A DNA stretch of 64,000 bases. Source: Nitrospinales bacterium. GTDB lineage: Bacteria; Nitrospinota; Nitrospinia; Nitrospinales; VA-1. The notes below the pieces were generated by a model. It ran no database searches and was not told the DNA's origin. It worked only from the letters and a program-made list of their open reading frames with translations. Below are positions 19,208-29,855 of the stretch, piece after piece (the stretch's first letter is position 1; each line of letters opens with the position of its first letter). Where the stretch lies: positions 480,001 to 544,000 of the forward strand of contig CBDCXL010000001.1 in NCBI GenBank assembly GCA_965223795.1, written 5' to 3'. The translations under genes and the position numbers were made by a program.

Positions 19208-20074
19208 ATGTCCTGGCTGGATATTTTTAAAAGCAAAGGCCCTCCGATGCCCAAGAAGGCATCGAAGCCGGAAAGCATCTGGACCGAATGCAAGAAATGC
19301 GGCGAACAGGTGTACCTGGCCGACCTTGAGAAAAATTTCAAGGTGTGCCCCAACTGCGACTACCACTTCCGCATGAATGCGGAAGAGCGCATCAGCCAGC
19401 TGATCAATCCGGGGACCTTTTCAGAACAGGACGTGGACCTGTTCTCCGCGGACCCGCTCAAATTCCGCGACAAGAAAAAATACAAGGACCGCCTGCGCGC
19501 CACCATCAAGAAGGGCTTGGAAAAGGACGCGCTGTTGACGGGTTCGGGCATCCTCGGCGATCACGCGGTGGAGATCTGCCTGTTCGAGTTCAACTTCATG
19601 GGCGGCAGCATGGGTTCGGTGGTGGGGGAAAAAATCACCCGCGCCATCGAGCGGGCGCTCGAGCACCGGCGGCCGCTCATCATCATCAGCTGTTCCGGCG
19701 GCGCGCGCATGCAGGAAGGGATCCTCTCTTTGATGCAGATGGCGAAAACGTCGGCGGCGCTCAAAAAACTGGCGGAGGAAAAGATCCCCTACATCTCGAT
19801 CCTCACCGATCCCACCACGGGCGGCGTGTCCGCGAGCTTCGCCATGCTGGGGGACGTCATCCTTGCCGAACCGGGGGCGCTGATCGGGTTCGCCGGACCG
19901 CGCGTCATCGAACAGACCATCCAGCAGAAACTGCCGGACGGGTTTCAGACAGCGGAATTTTTACTGGAGCACGGCCTGATCGATCAGGTGGTGCACCGGA
20001 AGAACCTGAAACAGACTGTCGAGAACCTGCTGAGCCTGCTGGTCAACAACCCCATCCCCAAAGTCGAAGCCTGA
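19208..20074 (+). CDS. accD: Acetyl-CoA carboxylase carboxyltransferase beta subunit
   Basis: Zn ribbon CKKC...[26 protein letters not shown] and PTTGGVSAS. Confidence 0.96.
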   Translation: MSWLDIFKSKGPPMPKKASKPESIWTECKKCGEQVYLADLEKNFKVCPNCDYHFRMNAEERISQLINPGTFSEQDVDLFSADPLKFRDKKKYKDRLRATIKKGLEKDALLTGSGILGDHAVEICLFEFNFMGGSMGSVVGEKITRAIERALEHRRPLIIISCSGGARMQEGILSLMQMAKTSAALKKLAEEKIPYISILTDPTTGGVSASFAMLGDVILAEPGALIGFAGPRVIEQTIQQKLPDGFQTAEFLLEHGLIDQVVHRKNLKQTVENLLSLLVNNPIPKVEA

Positions 20075-20361
20075 TGAGTCTGCGGACGCTGAGACTGGCT
20101 CCGATATTCGGCATCCGATCTTAAAGGACCGGATTCGCCCCAAAGCAGACCTTCTTATGGAAAGTTGGCTTACCTGGAAAATGTGAAACTGGCTTTCCCT
20201 CCCCCGTAAGATGCGGTATAGTTTTCCCGTATTAATTAAAAAAATAACCTGAATTCAATTTAACACGTCACCCACGGTTCCGATGGATCGGATCACGAAC
20301 CCTTCGCCAACCGGGACAGTCCGGGTGACTGCTACCGGCGTTTTACGCTGATTGTGAAATT

Positions 20362-21312
20362 ATGCGTTCGATAAAAGTAGAAGGACTCGATATACCCTGG
20401 ACGGCCCTCACCCTGGGCTGCCTGCAGATTGCCCCCAGCGAAACGTGGGGCGACGAATGTTCGGAGGAAGAGGCTGACCGGGTGGTGAAGACCGCCCTGG
20501 AGTGCGGCATCATGGCGTTCGATACCGCCGAGGGTTATGGCGACGGGGAATCCGAACGCCGCCTCGGCAAGGCCCTGGGCTCCCGCAAAAACGATGTCCT
20601 CATCATTTCCAAAATCTGGCCCGATGCCGATTTGACGGTTGAAGCTTACCAGTCGCGCCTTGAGGGCACGTTGAAAGCGCTGGGACGGGATTATGTCGAT
20701 GTGTATATGGTCCACTGGCCGGGCATGTACTTAGACACCATGATAAAGACCGGGAAGATGTGCGACATCATGGCTGCCATCAAGGAAAGCGGCAAGGCCC
20801 GCACCGTGGGTATCTCGAATTTCCGGGAGAGGGACATTGGACTGATGGCGCGCGCCGCTTCGATGTTCACCGTCAATCAGGTTCCTTATAACCTGCTTGA
20901 GCGCAAGTACGAGGGAGAGCATTTAAAAGAATGTGAAAAAAACGGTATCGGTTTCATGGCGTGTTCGCCCAGCGCGCGCGGTCTGTTGGCCGGCCGGATC
21001 GATGAAGAGGCCCTGAAGGCACCCGCCCGGCAAAAATCCTACCTGTATCACCAGCCTTATTTTGGCGATTCGGAAATCGTGCGCGACACCGTTGACGAAG
21101 TCGCACAGGAAATCAATACGGCCCCCATCAACGTGGCACTCGCATGGGTGATCCAGCAAAAGAATATCATCACCGCTGTGGCAGGGGCGCGAAAGGCGGA
21201 ACAGGTGAAGGAGTTTTGTGCCGCCGGGGAAATCACGCTCACTTCCGATCAGCTGGACCGGCTCAACAGTGCGAGCGCCCAGTTTCATTACGCTGGCGGC
21301 ACGGTTGTCTGA
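20362..21312 (+). CDS. Aldo/keto reductase
   Basis: FDTAEGYGDG.SE..LG, ISK, HWP, GISNF and QVPYNLL. Confidence 0.92.
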   Translation: MRSIKVEGLDIPWTALTLGCLQIAPSETWGDECSEEEADRVVKTALECGIMAFDTAEGYGDGESERRLGKALGSRKNDVLIISKIWPDADLTVEAYQSRLEGTLKALGRDYVDVYMVHWPGMYLDTMIKTGKMCDIMAAIKESGKARTVGISNFRERDIGLMARAASMFTVNQVPYNLLERKYEGEHLKECEKNGIGFMACSPSARGLLAGRIDEEALKAPARQKSYLYHQPYFGDSEIVRDTVDEVAQEINTAPINVALAWVIQQKNIITAVAGARKAEQVKEFCAAGEITLTSDQLDRLNSASAQFHYAGGTVV

Positions 21313-21506
21313 CGACTAGCGGAACCAGCCGCCGGAGGACGAAAGGATCACCCCGGGCCCGCAAGAGGCCCTGGATTCTCCATCCGAGCGGCAACTGAAT
21401 TTTAATTAGTCTTCGTGTGGGTCGTGGAGGGTTGTCCCTTCCACGTTCAAGGTCACACCTCGAACGCGCTCACTTTCCCGGCACCCTTTTCCCCGTCTTT
21501 AAGGAC

Positions 21507-22472
21507 TCAGCAGCCCAGGCTGTCCACGGCGTCTTCCAGCGACATGGCGATGCAGGAAAAGATCGGCGTGTCCTTCTCCACGTAGCGGCTGCCTTCAGTC
21601 TCCCGCAATTCCTGAACCAGATCGAGAAAGTCGGACGGGTAGTCCGTCTCGAAGGCGACCACGAATTCGTTGTCGTCGATGCCGAACGAATAGGTGGTGT
21701 TCAGTTTGACGGAGGGGTATTTGTTCCCCACGTAAATGTGCTCGTCCATGATGCCCTGGCGGGTGAACTGGGTGAGCAGGTACCACTCTCGTTTTTTCAC
21801 GAAGGGGTAGATGAAAAGGTACTTGGCCTTTCCGGGGATGATGTGGGTGCGGTCTTCCTCATGCTCGGGGTTGAACATGTCCTGGTACATCGACCGCTTG
21901 GTCTGCGAAAGATACGAATAGGTGACGTTGAGGTATTTCCCCAGCCCGGTCTTGTACAGGCGGGTGCTCATCTTCTGGAAATTTTCCATCTCGTAGCTGA
22001 TGCGCCACAGCATGATCTCGGCGTCGGGGCGGATGCCCATGACCGAATAGCTGAGCAGGATCATGTCCGAGTTGCTGTCGAACTCTTCCAGCACGTCGAG
22101 AAATTCCTGCTTGCCCTTCTCCCGTTCTTCCTCGGGCAGACGCCGGTACTCGGGGTCGAGCTTGTAGAACACGAAATTCACATACTGGCGCTTGACTTCC
22201 TTTTCCTCACCCGTGGCGTTTTTCTCGGCGGCCTGAGCCCGCTTCGCGCGGGATTCGGCGATGGCGGCGCCTTCCCGCTCCTGCCGTGCACGCGAGACCA
22301 CATCGTCGTCGATGAGATCGATGCTCTTGTCCTTGGCGTACTGTTCGATGCCGCGCACGACGCTCTTACGCACGAAAAACGGCACGTTTTTCATGCGGTC
22401 CATTGCGCTGTCGGTCCACTTCAGCTCGGTGGCCGGCATCAGTTCTTCCAACTCTTTGTCGTCAATGGCCAT
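21507..22472 (-). CDS. Chlorite dismutase/coproheme decarboxylase-family protein with N-terminal PCP_red-like domain
   Basis: N-terminal WTDSA..RM..VPFFVR...IEQYA (PCP_red-like). C-terminal YPFVKKREWYLL, EH, YSFGIDDNEFVVAFE and LRETE..RY..DTP. Confidence 0.88.
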   Translation of the reverse strand: MAIDDKELEELMPATELKWTDSAMDRMKNVPFFVRKSVVRGIEQYAKDKSIDLIDDDVVSRARQEREGAAIAESRAKRAQAAEKNATGEEKEVKRQYVNFVFYKLDPEYRRLPEEEREKGKQEFLDVLEEFDSNSDMILLSYSVMGIRPDAEIMLWRISYEMENFQKMSTRLYKTGLGKYLNVTYSYLSQTKRSMYQDMFNPEHEEDRTHIIPGKAKYLFIYPFVKKREWYLLTQFTRQGIMDEHIYVGNKYPSVKLNTTYSFGIDDNEFVVAFETDYPSDFLDLVQELRETEGSRYVEKDTPIFSCIAMSLEDAVDSLGC

Positions 22473-22672
22473 ATCGATGTTCTCTTCGGAAAAGGTTTCT
22501 GAATGCGGGGGAAGCGACGATTATAGGGGAAACGCGTCAAAATTGAAAGGGTTTTGACGGCAGGCCGAAACGATTAACCCTTTACGCTTCAAGCATCCGC
22601 ATCCATTTGGGCTGACCACTCATGATAGACTGGGGGAAAGGCGATTTCAACCTCAAAAGGGCGGACGGTGCG

Positions 22673-23875
22673 ATGAAAACGAGCGATTATATCCGGCTGG
22701 AGAACGAGTTCGGGGCCCACAATTACAAACCTCTGGACGTGGTGCTGAACCGCGGCGAGGGCATCTGGGTGCACGATGTGGAGGGGCGGCGCTACATGGA
22801 CTGCCTTTCGGCCTATTCCGCCGTGAACCAGGGGCACTGCCACCCGCGCATCCTCAAGGCGCTGGTTCGCCAGGCGGAACAACTGACCCTGGTTTCGCGG
22901 GCGTTCCGGCACGACCAGCTGGGCCTGTTCTACCAGGAAATCTGCGAGCTGACCGACTCCCACAGCGTGCTGCCGATGAACAGCGGCGCCGAGGCGGTGG
23001 AAACGGCGATCAAGGCGGTGCGCAAATGGGGCTACCAGGTCAAGGGCGTGCCGGCGGGCGAGGCGGAAATCATCGTGTGCGAGAACAATTTCCACGGCCG
23101 CACGCTGACCATCGTCGGCTTCAGCACCGAGGCGCAGTACCGGGAAGGCTACGCGCCGTTCACGCCGGGTTTCAGGATCATCCCGTTCGGCGACGCGGAA
23201 GCGTTTGAAAAGGCCATCACGCCGAACACCGTGGCGTTTCTGGTGGAGCCGATCCAGGGCGAAGGCGGCGTCATCGTGCCGCCGGACGACTACCTTAAAA
23301 AAGTCCGCGCCCTCTGCGACCAGCACAACGTCATGCTGGTGCTGGATGAAATCCAGACCGGGCTCGGCCGCACGGGCAGACTGTTCGCCGAGGAGCACTC
23401 AGGCATTCAGTCCGATCTCACGCTCATCGGCAAGGCGTTGTGCGGCGGGTTCTACCCCGTGTCGGCGGTGCTGTCGAACAAGGAAGTGCTGGGCGTGTTC
23501 CGGCCCGGCGACCACGGCAGCACGTTCGGCGGCAACCCGCTGGGCTGCGCGGTGGCGCGCGAGTCGCTCAAGGTGCTGATCGAGGAAAAGCTGATCGAAA
23601 ACGCCGCGTCACTGGGGGACTACTTCATGCAGAAGCTCAAGGCCATCCCGTCACCGCACGTGAAGGAAGTGCGCGGCAAGGGGCTCATGATCGGCGTGGA
23701 GCTGAACGATGAGGCGGGCGGCGCGCGCCGCTTCTGCGAAGCGCTGGCGGAGAAAGGACTGCTGTGCAAGGAAACGCACGAGAACGTCATCCGCTTCGCG
23801 CCGCCGTTGATCATCCAAAAAGAGGAAATCGACTGGGCGCTGGAAAAGATCGAGGACGTGTTGACTCAGAGTTGA
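22673..23875 (+). CDS. rocD: Ornithine--oxo-acid aminotransferase
   Basis: [49 protein letters not shown] and HGSTFGGNP. Confidence 0.94.
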   Translation: MKTSDYIRLENEFGAHNYKPLDVVLNRGEGIWVHDVEGRRYMDCLSAYSAVNQGHCHPRILKALVRQAEQLTLVSRAFRHDQLGLFYQEICELTDSHSVLPMNSGAEAVETAIKAVRKWGYQVKGVPAGEAEIIVCENNFHGRTLTIVGFSTEAQYREGYAPFTPGFRIIPFGDAEAFEKAITPNTVAFLVEPIQGEGGVIVPPDDYLKKVRALCDQHNVMLVLDEIQTGLGRTGRLFAEEHSGIQSDLTLIGKALCGGFYPVSAVLSNKEVLGVFRPGDHGSTFGGNPLGCAVARESLKVLIEEKLIENAASLGDYFMQKLKAIPSPHVKEVRGKGLMIGVELNDEAGGARRFCEALAEKGLLCKETHENVIRFAPPLIIQKEEIDWALEKIEDVLTQS

Positions 23876-23981
23876 AATTCCATACCAGAAATTCAAACGA
23901 CAGCGAAACCAACGGGAGCGAATCATGTATTTCTGGAATATTAAAGCTCTTCTGATAAGCACTACTTATTAATTCCAGAAT

Positions 23982-24473
23982 TCAACCATTTAATTTAGGC
24001 TGTTTTTCCTTACTAACTGCTGCCCAAGCTACAATAGCTTCATCTAAACATTCCTTTAGGTAATCTTCATAATCCAACAACATCTCTTTAAGAGAACTGC
24101 AAAAATCCACCACTACATTGACTTGTTCTAATGTCAAAAGTTTCAATTTTTCTTCCCAATAGCTATCACGTTTTTTTAGACTTTTTAATATATAAACAAG
24201 ATGCTCCGTCAATTCGGAGTCAAGATGTTCTAAAGCATAAAGCATGTAGTCTTTTAGAAAATATACAAAGGCTCTGGGAGTAAAAGCCGGGAGGGATTTT
24301 GCATGGGATTCAAATACTGAGACATTTACAGGTTTACTTAAAAACCTTGAAAAATCTTCATTTATAGCCTCAGCATCCCAATCATTTGGATTTGCTATTT
24401 CGTCTATTTTAGGTGGTTCCACCACCGAAAATTCATGCGAAATTCGAGCTTTTAGTTCATTCAAATCGCCCAT
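23982..24473 (-). CDS. AT-rich hypothetical protein (DUF6714-like by eye), probably horizontally acquired
   Basis: 163 aa ORF in a markedly AT-rich patch, with LPAFTPRAFVYFL..YM motif. Start uncertain. Confidence 0.55.
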   Translation of the reverse strand: MGDLNELKARISHEFSVVEPPKIDEIANPNDWDAEAINEDFSRFLSKPVNVSVFESHAKSLPAFTPRAFVYFLKDYMLYALEHLDSELTEHLVYILKSLKKRDSYWEEKLKLLTLEQVNVVVDFCSSLKEMLLDYEDYLKECLDEAIVAWAAVSKEKQPKLNG

Positions 24474-24667
24474 TTTATAACCTGAAAATAATTGATGTGA
24501 CATCATAAACAATTCCCATATTTTAACTGATGACGAATCTGTGTTGTCTTCTAATAAATCGCCCAGCCGAAAGCACCCGGAGCGCCCTGAAAATGGACAT
24601 TTCGCTTGATCGCCCCGCCCTTCCCCGATACATTTGAGGTATACCCAATTCACAATTTGCAAGCCTT

Positions 24668-25084
24668 ATGAAACCCATATTGACGCTCACGCTGCCGCTG
24701 CTTTTGTCCACTCTGTTTTTCACCGGAACGTCTTCGGTGGAATCGCTGGAGAAGATGGAGGTGCGTTCGGCGGCGTCCGCGGAAACGTCGCTCAACCGCT
24801 ACGCGCGGCGCGTGCAGGACAGGGTGTACCGCAACTGGCAGACGCCCGCCAGCCTGGAGGATTACAACGACGAGCTGGAAACGGCGGAAGTCTCGTTCTG
24901 GGTGCTGCACGACGGCCGCATTCTGGGGGCCAAAGTGCTGCGCAGTACGGGCGAGGAAGAACTCGACGACCTGGCCCTGCAGGCGGTGGAGCGCTCGAAA
25001 CCCTTGCCGAAATTCCCCGACGATCTCAAGGAACGCAATTCGATGAAGGTGTCGATCCGGTTCCGCTACGTCGCCAACCGCTGA
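24668..25084 (+). CDS. TonB/TolA C-terminal domain protein
   Basis: Signal/anchor helix, then VYRNW..P, DGRI....V.RSTG...LDD.AL.AV.RS.PLP.FP. Confidence 0.85.
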   Translation: MKPILTLTLPLLLSTLFFTGTSSVESLEKMEVRSAASAETSLNRYARRVQDRVYRNWQTPASLEDYNDELETAEVSFWVLHDGRILGAKVLRSTGEEELDDLALQAVERSKPLPKFPDDLKERNSMKVSIRFRYVANR

Positions 25085-25090
25085 CCCGCG

Positions 25091-27277
25091 CTACTTTTTC
25101 CTGCCGCCCAGGCCGGAGTGCTTGAAGATTTCCGACATGGCTCCGAGAAAGTTCGCTTCCTCCTTGGAGCGGATCTCCGCGGCGTGCTTTTCTTCATCGA
25201 ATATATTGAGGCGGATCTCCGGCGGGCGGCCGAGCTGCTTGCGCAGCGCGGTTCCGGTCTGCACGGGCGCGTGGCAGGTGCCCTGCCGGCACAGGTAGAC
25301 GGCCGGTTCCCCCTGTATCGCGGACTTGCCCTCCGCCAGCGGGATGCGCTCTTTCACTTCTTCACCGCCGCTCCACAGGGTGATCTTGTTGGGGCGGTAG
25401 TCTTCCTGCAGTACGGCCTGCATCTCTTCGAACGCCGGGTGATCCAATGGACCGGCAAACACCGCTTCGGTGGGCGGGTGCAGGTGAAAGTCCAGCGCGG
25501 CGAGGCAGCCGCTGTAGGCGGCGGGGCTTTTTTCCATGTTTGCGTGAAAGGCGCTCAGCACGCCCTTGCCCTTCTGCTCGTAGTCCTTGTTTCCGGTGAA
25601 GTGCGCAAGCCGGAACAGCGCCAGCGCCGCCTTGGCGTTGGCGGAGGGGATGGCCTCGTCGGCGGCGGTCTTGAGACGCGCGATCAGTTTTTCGTGATCG
25701 TTGGCGGTCATGAAAAAACCACCCTCATCTTTGTCCCAGAATTGTTCGATCATGCGGTCCGCCAGTTGCACGGCGCGGTCGATCCACTGGATCTCGAACG
25801 ACGCCTCGTAAAGCGAGATCAGCCCTTCGAGCAGATAGGCGTGGTCGTCGAGACAGGCCGCGATGCGGACGGTCCCGTCCTTGTGGATGCGCTTCAATCC
25901 TTGTTCGGTCCACACGGTATCCCAGAGAAACCCGGCGCAGCGCCGGGCCGCGTCCAGATATACTTTCTCGCGCAGCACGGCGTAGCCGTTGGCCAGAGCC
26001 TCGATCATGAGGCCGTTCCAGGCGGTGATGTTCTTTTCGTCGCGGAACGGCCGCTCGCGTTTGTTGCGCGCTTCGTGCAGGGTCTTGAGTCCGCTTTTTA
26101 AAATGTGCTGCACTTCGAAAATGGGAACGCCCTCTTCCCCGGAAATGGTTTCCATGCTGTCCTTGATGTGCAGCACGTTTTTGCGGTTGAAGTTGCCGGA
26201 GGCGGTGAGGCCGTAGGCGCGGGCGAACACCTTGGCGTGCTTCGGCCCCAGCAGGTTCAGCACGTCCTTCAGTTCCCAGACGTAGAACGTGCCCTCCTCC
26301 CCTTCCGTGTCCGCGTCCTGGCTGGAACAGAAGGCGCCGGTTTCGGTGGTCATCTCGCGCAGCACGTAATCGAGCGTGCGCCGCGCGGTGTCCTTGTAGA
26401 TGTCCTGCTTGGTCGCCTGAAACATGTCGAGAAACAGTTTGCCCAAAAGGGCGTTGTCGTACAGCATCTTCTCGAAATGCGGCACCCGCCATTTGCGGTC
26501 GGTGGAATAGCGGTGAAAGCCGCCGCCCAGCTGATCGAAGATGCCGCCCTCGGCCATCCGGGTGAGCGACTTGTCGAGGATCTCCAGCGAGGTCTGCGAT
26601 TCGGTGCGCAGCCAGTGGCGCAGCAGAAGGGTGTAGTGCATCGGCTCCGGAAATTTCATGCCGCTGCCGAAGCCGCCGAACTCGGAATCGAAGCGTTCCG
26701 TGAGAATGGCGGCGGCCTCGTCGATCAGCTCGAAGCCGAGCCCGCCCTGCGGCGCGTCCGCTTCTTTGGGCTTAAGCTGCCCGAGGATCCGGCCGCTGCG
26801 GCTTGTCAAATCCTGCTTGCGGTTGTGGTACAGGTCGCTCGCTTCCTTGAGCACCGACGCGAAACCGGGGCGGTTGTATTTCACCTCCGGCGGGAAATAG
26901 GTGCCGCCGAAATACGGCTGCTGATCCGGAGTCAGAAACAGGCTCATCGGCCAGCCGCCGTGCCCGGTCAGGGCGATGAGGGCCTTCATGTACAGCGCGT
27001 CGATGTCCGGCCGCTCCTCGCGGTCGATCTTGATGTTCACGAACCCTTCGTTCAGGATGCGCGCGGTTTCCGGATCTTCGAAGGACTCGTGCGCCATGAC
27101 GTGGCACCAGTGGCAGGCGGAGTAGCCGATACTGAGGAAAATCGGCTTGTCCTCGCGTTTGGCCTTTTGCAGCGCTTCCTCTCCCCAAGGATACCAGTCC
27201 ACCGGGTTGTGCGCGTGCTGCAACAGATAAGGGCTGGTTTCGTTTTTCAGCCGGTTGGTGAATTCAGACGATGCCAA
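25091..27277 (-). CDS. YyaL/SSP411-family thioredoxin-domain protein
   Basis: [50 protein letters not shown]. Confidence 0.94.
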   Translation of the reverse strand: MASSEFTNRLKNETSPYLLQHAHNPVDWYPWGEEALQKAKREDKPIFLSIGYSACHWCHVMAHESFEDPETARILNEGFVNIKIDREERPDIDALYMKALIALTGHGGWPMSLFLTPDQQPYFGGTYFPPEVKYNRPGFASVLKEASDLYHNRKQDLTSRSGRILGQLKPKEADAPQGGLGFELIDEAAAILTERFDSEFGGFGSGMKFPEPMHYTLLLRHWLRTESQTSLEILDKSLTRMAEGGIFDQLGGGFHRYSTDRKWRVPHFEKMLYDNALLGKLFLDMFQATKQDIYKDTARRTLDYVLREMTTETGAFCSSQDADTEGEEGTFYVWELKDVLNLLGPKHAKVFARAYGLTASGNFNRKNVLHIKDSMETISGEEGVPIFEVQHILKSGLKTLHEARNKRERPFRDEKNITAWNGLMIEALANGYAVLREKVYLDAARRCAGFLWDTVWTEQGLKRIHKDGTVRIAACLDDHAYLLEGLISLYEASFEIQWIDRAVQLADRMIEQFWDKDEGGFFMTANDHEKLIARLKTAADEAIPSANAKAALALFRLAHFTGNKDYEQKGKGVLSAFHANMEKSPAAYSGCLAALDFHLHPPTEAVFAGPLDHPAFEEMQAVLQEDYRPNKITLWSGGEEVKERIPLAEGKSAIQGEPAVYLCRQGTCHAPVQTGTALRKQLGRPPEIRLNIFDEEKHAAEIRSKEEANFLGAMSEIFKHSGLGGRKK

Positions 27278-27494
27278 AACAAAACTCCTTTCAAGCCGTT
27301 GGCCGGGTTGTGCGCCGGGTGCGATCGATGGCTATCAGGATACCGGAACTCTCGCGGCAATTGAAGCGGGGAGTGGTGTTTTATGCATGCCGGGCGGTTC
27401 GGCTGTGTGAAATGGATTGCGAAGCGGGGTGCGAAAGCGCGCCTTGGCGGCGCGGACCGTATTGCGGTCGGCGGGAGGTGGTTTATTCCCGGTG

Positions 27495-28523
27495 TTATTT
27501 CCGCACCAGTCCTTCACGGTACTGATGGTAGAAATCGCGGACGCTTTCGTACTCGTCGATGGCGCTCTCTTCGATGGAAGCGATGTCGTCGATGACGAAG
27601 GAGGTGGCGTTGACCTGATCGGTCGCTTCCACCCCGGCGCCGATCACGAAAGGCGCGGAGGCGAAGAACGTGGGGCTCAAAAAGGCATCGGCTACCCGTC
27701 CGACGGCGTCCCTTCCGGTGGAGGGACCGAGAAACGGCAGGACGATGTAGGGACCGGTGGGGACATTATGAACGGCGAGCGTCTGCCCCATGTCTTCATT
27801 GACGTTTTCGATGCCCCATTCCTGTCCCGCCACATCGAGCATGCCGCCGAAACCCAGCGTGGTGTTGATGACCAGACGGCTCAGCACGCGGCCGGATTTC
27901 CCCATGTCTCCCTGAAGCAGGCTGCTGACGAACTTCGCGGGCGAGAGAGCGTTGTCGAACACATTGCGGATGGCGATGCGGAAATCTTCGGCCAGTATGT
28001 AACGCCAGCCGCGCGCCACAGGCTCCATGGCGTATTCGTAAATATTGTCGTTCACTTTAAACATGAAACGGTTGTAGCCTTCGAACGGATCGCTGAGTTC
28101 GGGGATGGCTTCTTCCGCGGTCAGGGCGAACGGATCTTCCAGATCTTCAAACTGCAGGTCGGTATCGCCGCCGACGACATCGCCGGTCCCCGATTCGAAG
28201 GGATCGACCAGATCGTCCGCGGATTCGCCTCCGGGAACGGCTTCAGGGCTGCCTTCGCCCTGGGTTTCCGCGTCCAGGGGATCGGCTTCCGCTCCGCCCT
28301 GCCCTCCCGGCGGCGGCACTTTTTTCTCAAGCAGAATGGTGATGTCGGAAGACTGGGCGAAGAGGTTGCCCGGTGCGATTTCGTAGATGAAGAGCGGAGA
28401 TTTTTCGTCGCCCGCGGGGGCGCTTTTTGAGTTGTGCGGAACGGCAAAAACGACGGCGGGGACGAGGAGAAGGCTCCATCCGATCAAGCTCATTAGTTTC
28501 GGTTTCCAACCGGCCAACGTCAT
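27495..28523 (-). CDS. mlaA: MlaA/VacJ family protein with acidic N-terminal extension
   Basis: DPFEGYNR.MF..N, INTTLG.GG..DVA, EDMGQTL and YIVLPFLGPST.RD. Confidence 0.88.
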   Translation of the reverse strand: MTLAGWKPKLMSLIGWSLLLVPAVVFAVPHNSKSAPAGDEKSPLFIYEIAPGNLFAQSSDITILLEKKVPPPGGQGGAEADPLDAETQGEGSPEAVPGGESADDLVDPFESGTGDVVGGDTDLQFEDLEDPFALTAEEAIPELSDPFEGYNRFMFKVNDNIYEYAMEPVARGWRYILAEDFRIAIRNVFDNALSPAKFVSSLLQGDMGKSGRVLSRLVINTTLGFGGMLDVAGQEWGIENVNEDMGQTLAVHNVPTGPYIVLPFLGPSTGRDAVGRVADAFLSPTFFASAPFVIGAGVEATDQVNATSFVIDDIASIEESAIDEYESVRDFYHQYREGLVRK

Positions 28524-28773
28524 GGGACCTTTCCGATCATCCTGTGTTTACAAACTGATTTTTTCCGGTAAAAAAATCCCCTGCTGTTAAAAAACCTCTA
28601 CCTCCATACTTTTGAATACGTTGGGGTAACACTATAGCAAAATGAAAACGAAATGAAAAAACTTTTTAGATTTTTTTCGCCCTCATTACGCATATGTTTT
28701 TTCCGATGTTGTATCTTATCGCGAGCGCGGCGGCGCGTCATGTCAGACCGGACACATCACGATGTGATCTGCG

Positions 28774-29556
28774 TCACTTCTCATCGGGCTCCGGCATCGC
28801 CTGAGACAGCGCGCTCACGACTTTTTCGGAAAGCGTGACATTGGCTTTGCGCGCCCGGCGCACCGTTTCCCACGCGGCTTCCAGTTCTCTGGCGTTCATC
28901 TGCGTTTCCACCCGCACCTCGTAGGCGGTGACGTTGAACGGGTCGATTGCAAGCGCCTCGTCGAGTTTCTGCATCGCTTCTTTCTGGCGTCCCAGCTGAT
29001 TGAGGGAAGCTCCCATATAGGCGTACGCGTTGCTGTTCTCGGGAGTCAGTGCGATCACCTGTTCGTATTTCTTTACCGCATCCTCGAAATGCCCTTCCAT
29101 CGCGAGAACCAGTCCCCAATAGAGAAACGCTTTTGCATTGGTCGCGTCGAGCTCGGTGGACTTTACAAATTTTTCGATGGCCGCGCTTCTGAGTCCGGAT
29201 TTCACCAGGGAAATGCCCCACCAGGTGTGCACCTTGGAACTCTTGGGGTTCATCTGCGCGAGTTTCTCCGCCATCTCCGCGGCCTCGCTGTGTTTGCCGA
29301 GTGCGTTGAGTTCCTTGACGGTTTTAAGAGGATCGAGAGGCTGCGCCTGTTTTTTTTCTTTTAACTTCTGCAGCTCTTCCTGCTGCTTCTGGCGTTCCAG
29401 AATTGCCTGCTCCTGCGCCTCCGCCTGTTCCCGCACTTTTTCCATGCGAGAAAAATAAGCCAGCACCACAAAGCCCAGGAACACGATGACGTTGCACAGG
29501 ACCCACACCAACTTCACTTTACGGGGCATGTATGACCTCGGGTAAAAAAAATCCAT
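28774..29556 (-). CDS. Membrane-anchored TPR protein
   Basis: N-terminal TM, short coiled coil, then about 4 TPR motifs. Confidence 0.82.
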   Translation of the reverse strand: MDFFYPRSYMPRKVKLVWVLCNVIVFLGFVVLAYFSRMEKVREQAEAQEQAILERQKQQEELQKLKEKKQAQPLDPLKTVKELNALGKHSEAAEMAEKLAQMNPKSSKVHTWWGISLVKSGLRSAAIEKFVKSTELDATNAKAFLYWGLVLAMEGHFEDAVKKYEQVIALTPENSNAYAYMGASLNQLGRQKEAMQKLDEALAIDPFNVTAYEVRVETQMNARELEAAWETVRRARKANVTLSEKVVSALSQAMPEPDEK

Positions 29557-29855
29557 CCGGATCGTGATCCGGAGGGGGTTTCAAAGTGACGCTTCGTTGC
29601 CGCGAAGTTTCGGAATCCATCCTGGGATGGAAAGCGATGCGCATCCGTTCGACACGGGAGAATTGCAAGGCCGGGACCGGCCTCAACAGGCTCATAAAGG
29701 TCGATAAAGTATACATTTATTCATATTGGGGCGCAAAATTTCTTTGTCCGGGCGCTGCCGGGTCCCGCAAATCGACTGACATTCCTGTCGTTTTTCGATC
29801 GCAACAGACGCATTGTATCTTCATTTCAGGCGCGACGCGGCTCCGTTTGCCTGCA

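Noticed and set aside
21507..22472. Call as true chlorite dismutase or as a photosynthesis gene
   Set aside because: The catalytic Arg position is Leu, and only the small accessory domain resembles BchB/ChlB.
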